From Macrostomum lignano (lineage: Eukaryota), in the NCBI GenBank assembly GCA_002269645.1, contig NIVC01000010.1, positions 1-64,000 of the forward strand: 64,000 bases of DNA. The letters run 5' to 3'. A program made the position numbers and the translations under genes. Below are positions 63,613-64,000 of the stretch, one piece after another. The notes under the pieces are model-generated. The model worked only from the letters and a program-made list of their open reading frames with translations, was not told the DNA's origin and searched no databases. The stretch's first letter is position 1; the number at the start of each line of letters is the position of its first letter.

Positions 63613-64000
63613 AACCTTTTGTCTTAACATGCAATAAAAGTAAAGTTGCAATTTTGGCTTGCTTTTCACAATTGTATATTTCAATATGTTGTGCTATGAC
63701 CTTAAAAAGTTAGGTTTAATTTACGATATTCACAAATTGTGATTGGCAAAAACCAACATGTGATTTTTTCCTTGTGATCATGACTGTGATCATAGTTGAT
63801 CCCTACATTTTTGTTTAACTTGTCATTTTGAAAGTTCAAATATGTTTTGTTTAAAAAGGCTAAAATCTTAGAAGATAGGTTCTAAGATAATTTAAGGTGT
63901 GAATCTTACAAATCTATATGGTATTTTTCATTAGGGATTTCTACCATTCCAAATATAAATTATTTCAATTTAAATTTATGCATATATTTATTGGATTTTT

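Overview
Repeat-rich eukaryotic genomic DNA, probably from an invertebrate animal (inferred from a kainate-type glutamate receptor gene and spliceosomal introns). Bases 1-8655 are the right part of a Polinton/Maverick (adintovirus-like) endogenous virus. On the minus strand it carries a fibre-like protein, adenain protease, penton, packaging ATPase and a frameshifted major capsid protein. On the plus strand it carries an HNH endonuclease, a parvovirus-type phospholipase A2 and a retroviral-type integrase, and it ends in ...ACTACT. The main finding is absent from the ORF track: a 303-nt group I (IC1, Tetrahymena-like) self-splicing intron at 6315-6617. It splits the PLA2 calcium-binding loop (FTG|PGT), and its P3, P4 and P7 helices show compensatory base changes. 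A free-standing HNH gene overlaps the start of this PLA2 gene, and the PLA2 runs in frame into the integrase. The rest of the window holds a LOA/I-like LINE fragment, a complete decayed Gypsy LTR element with an extra ORF, an intronless kainate-type iGluR gene, a RING-finger gene fragment, a small spliced CaaX-protein candidate, a mariner, a Crypton relic, several MITEs and many minisatellites. All coordinates and alignments were read by eye, with no database searches; boundaries may be off by a few bases.
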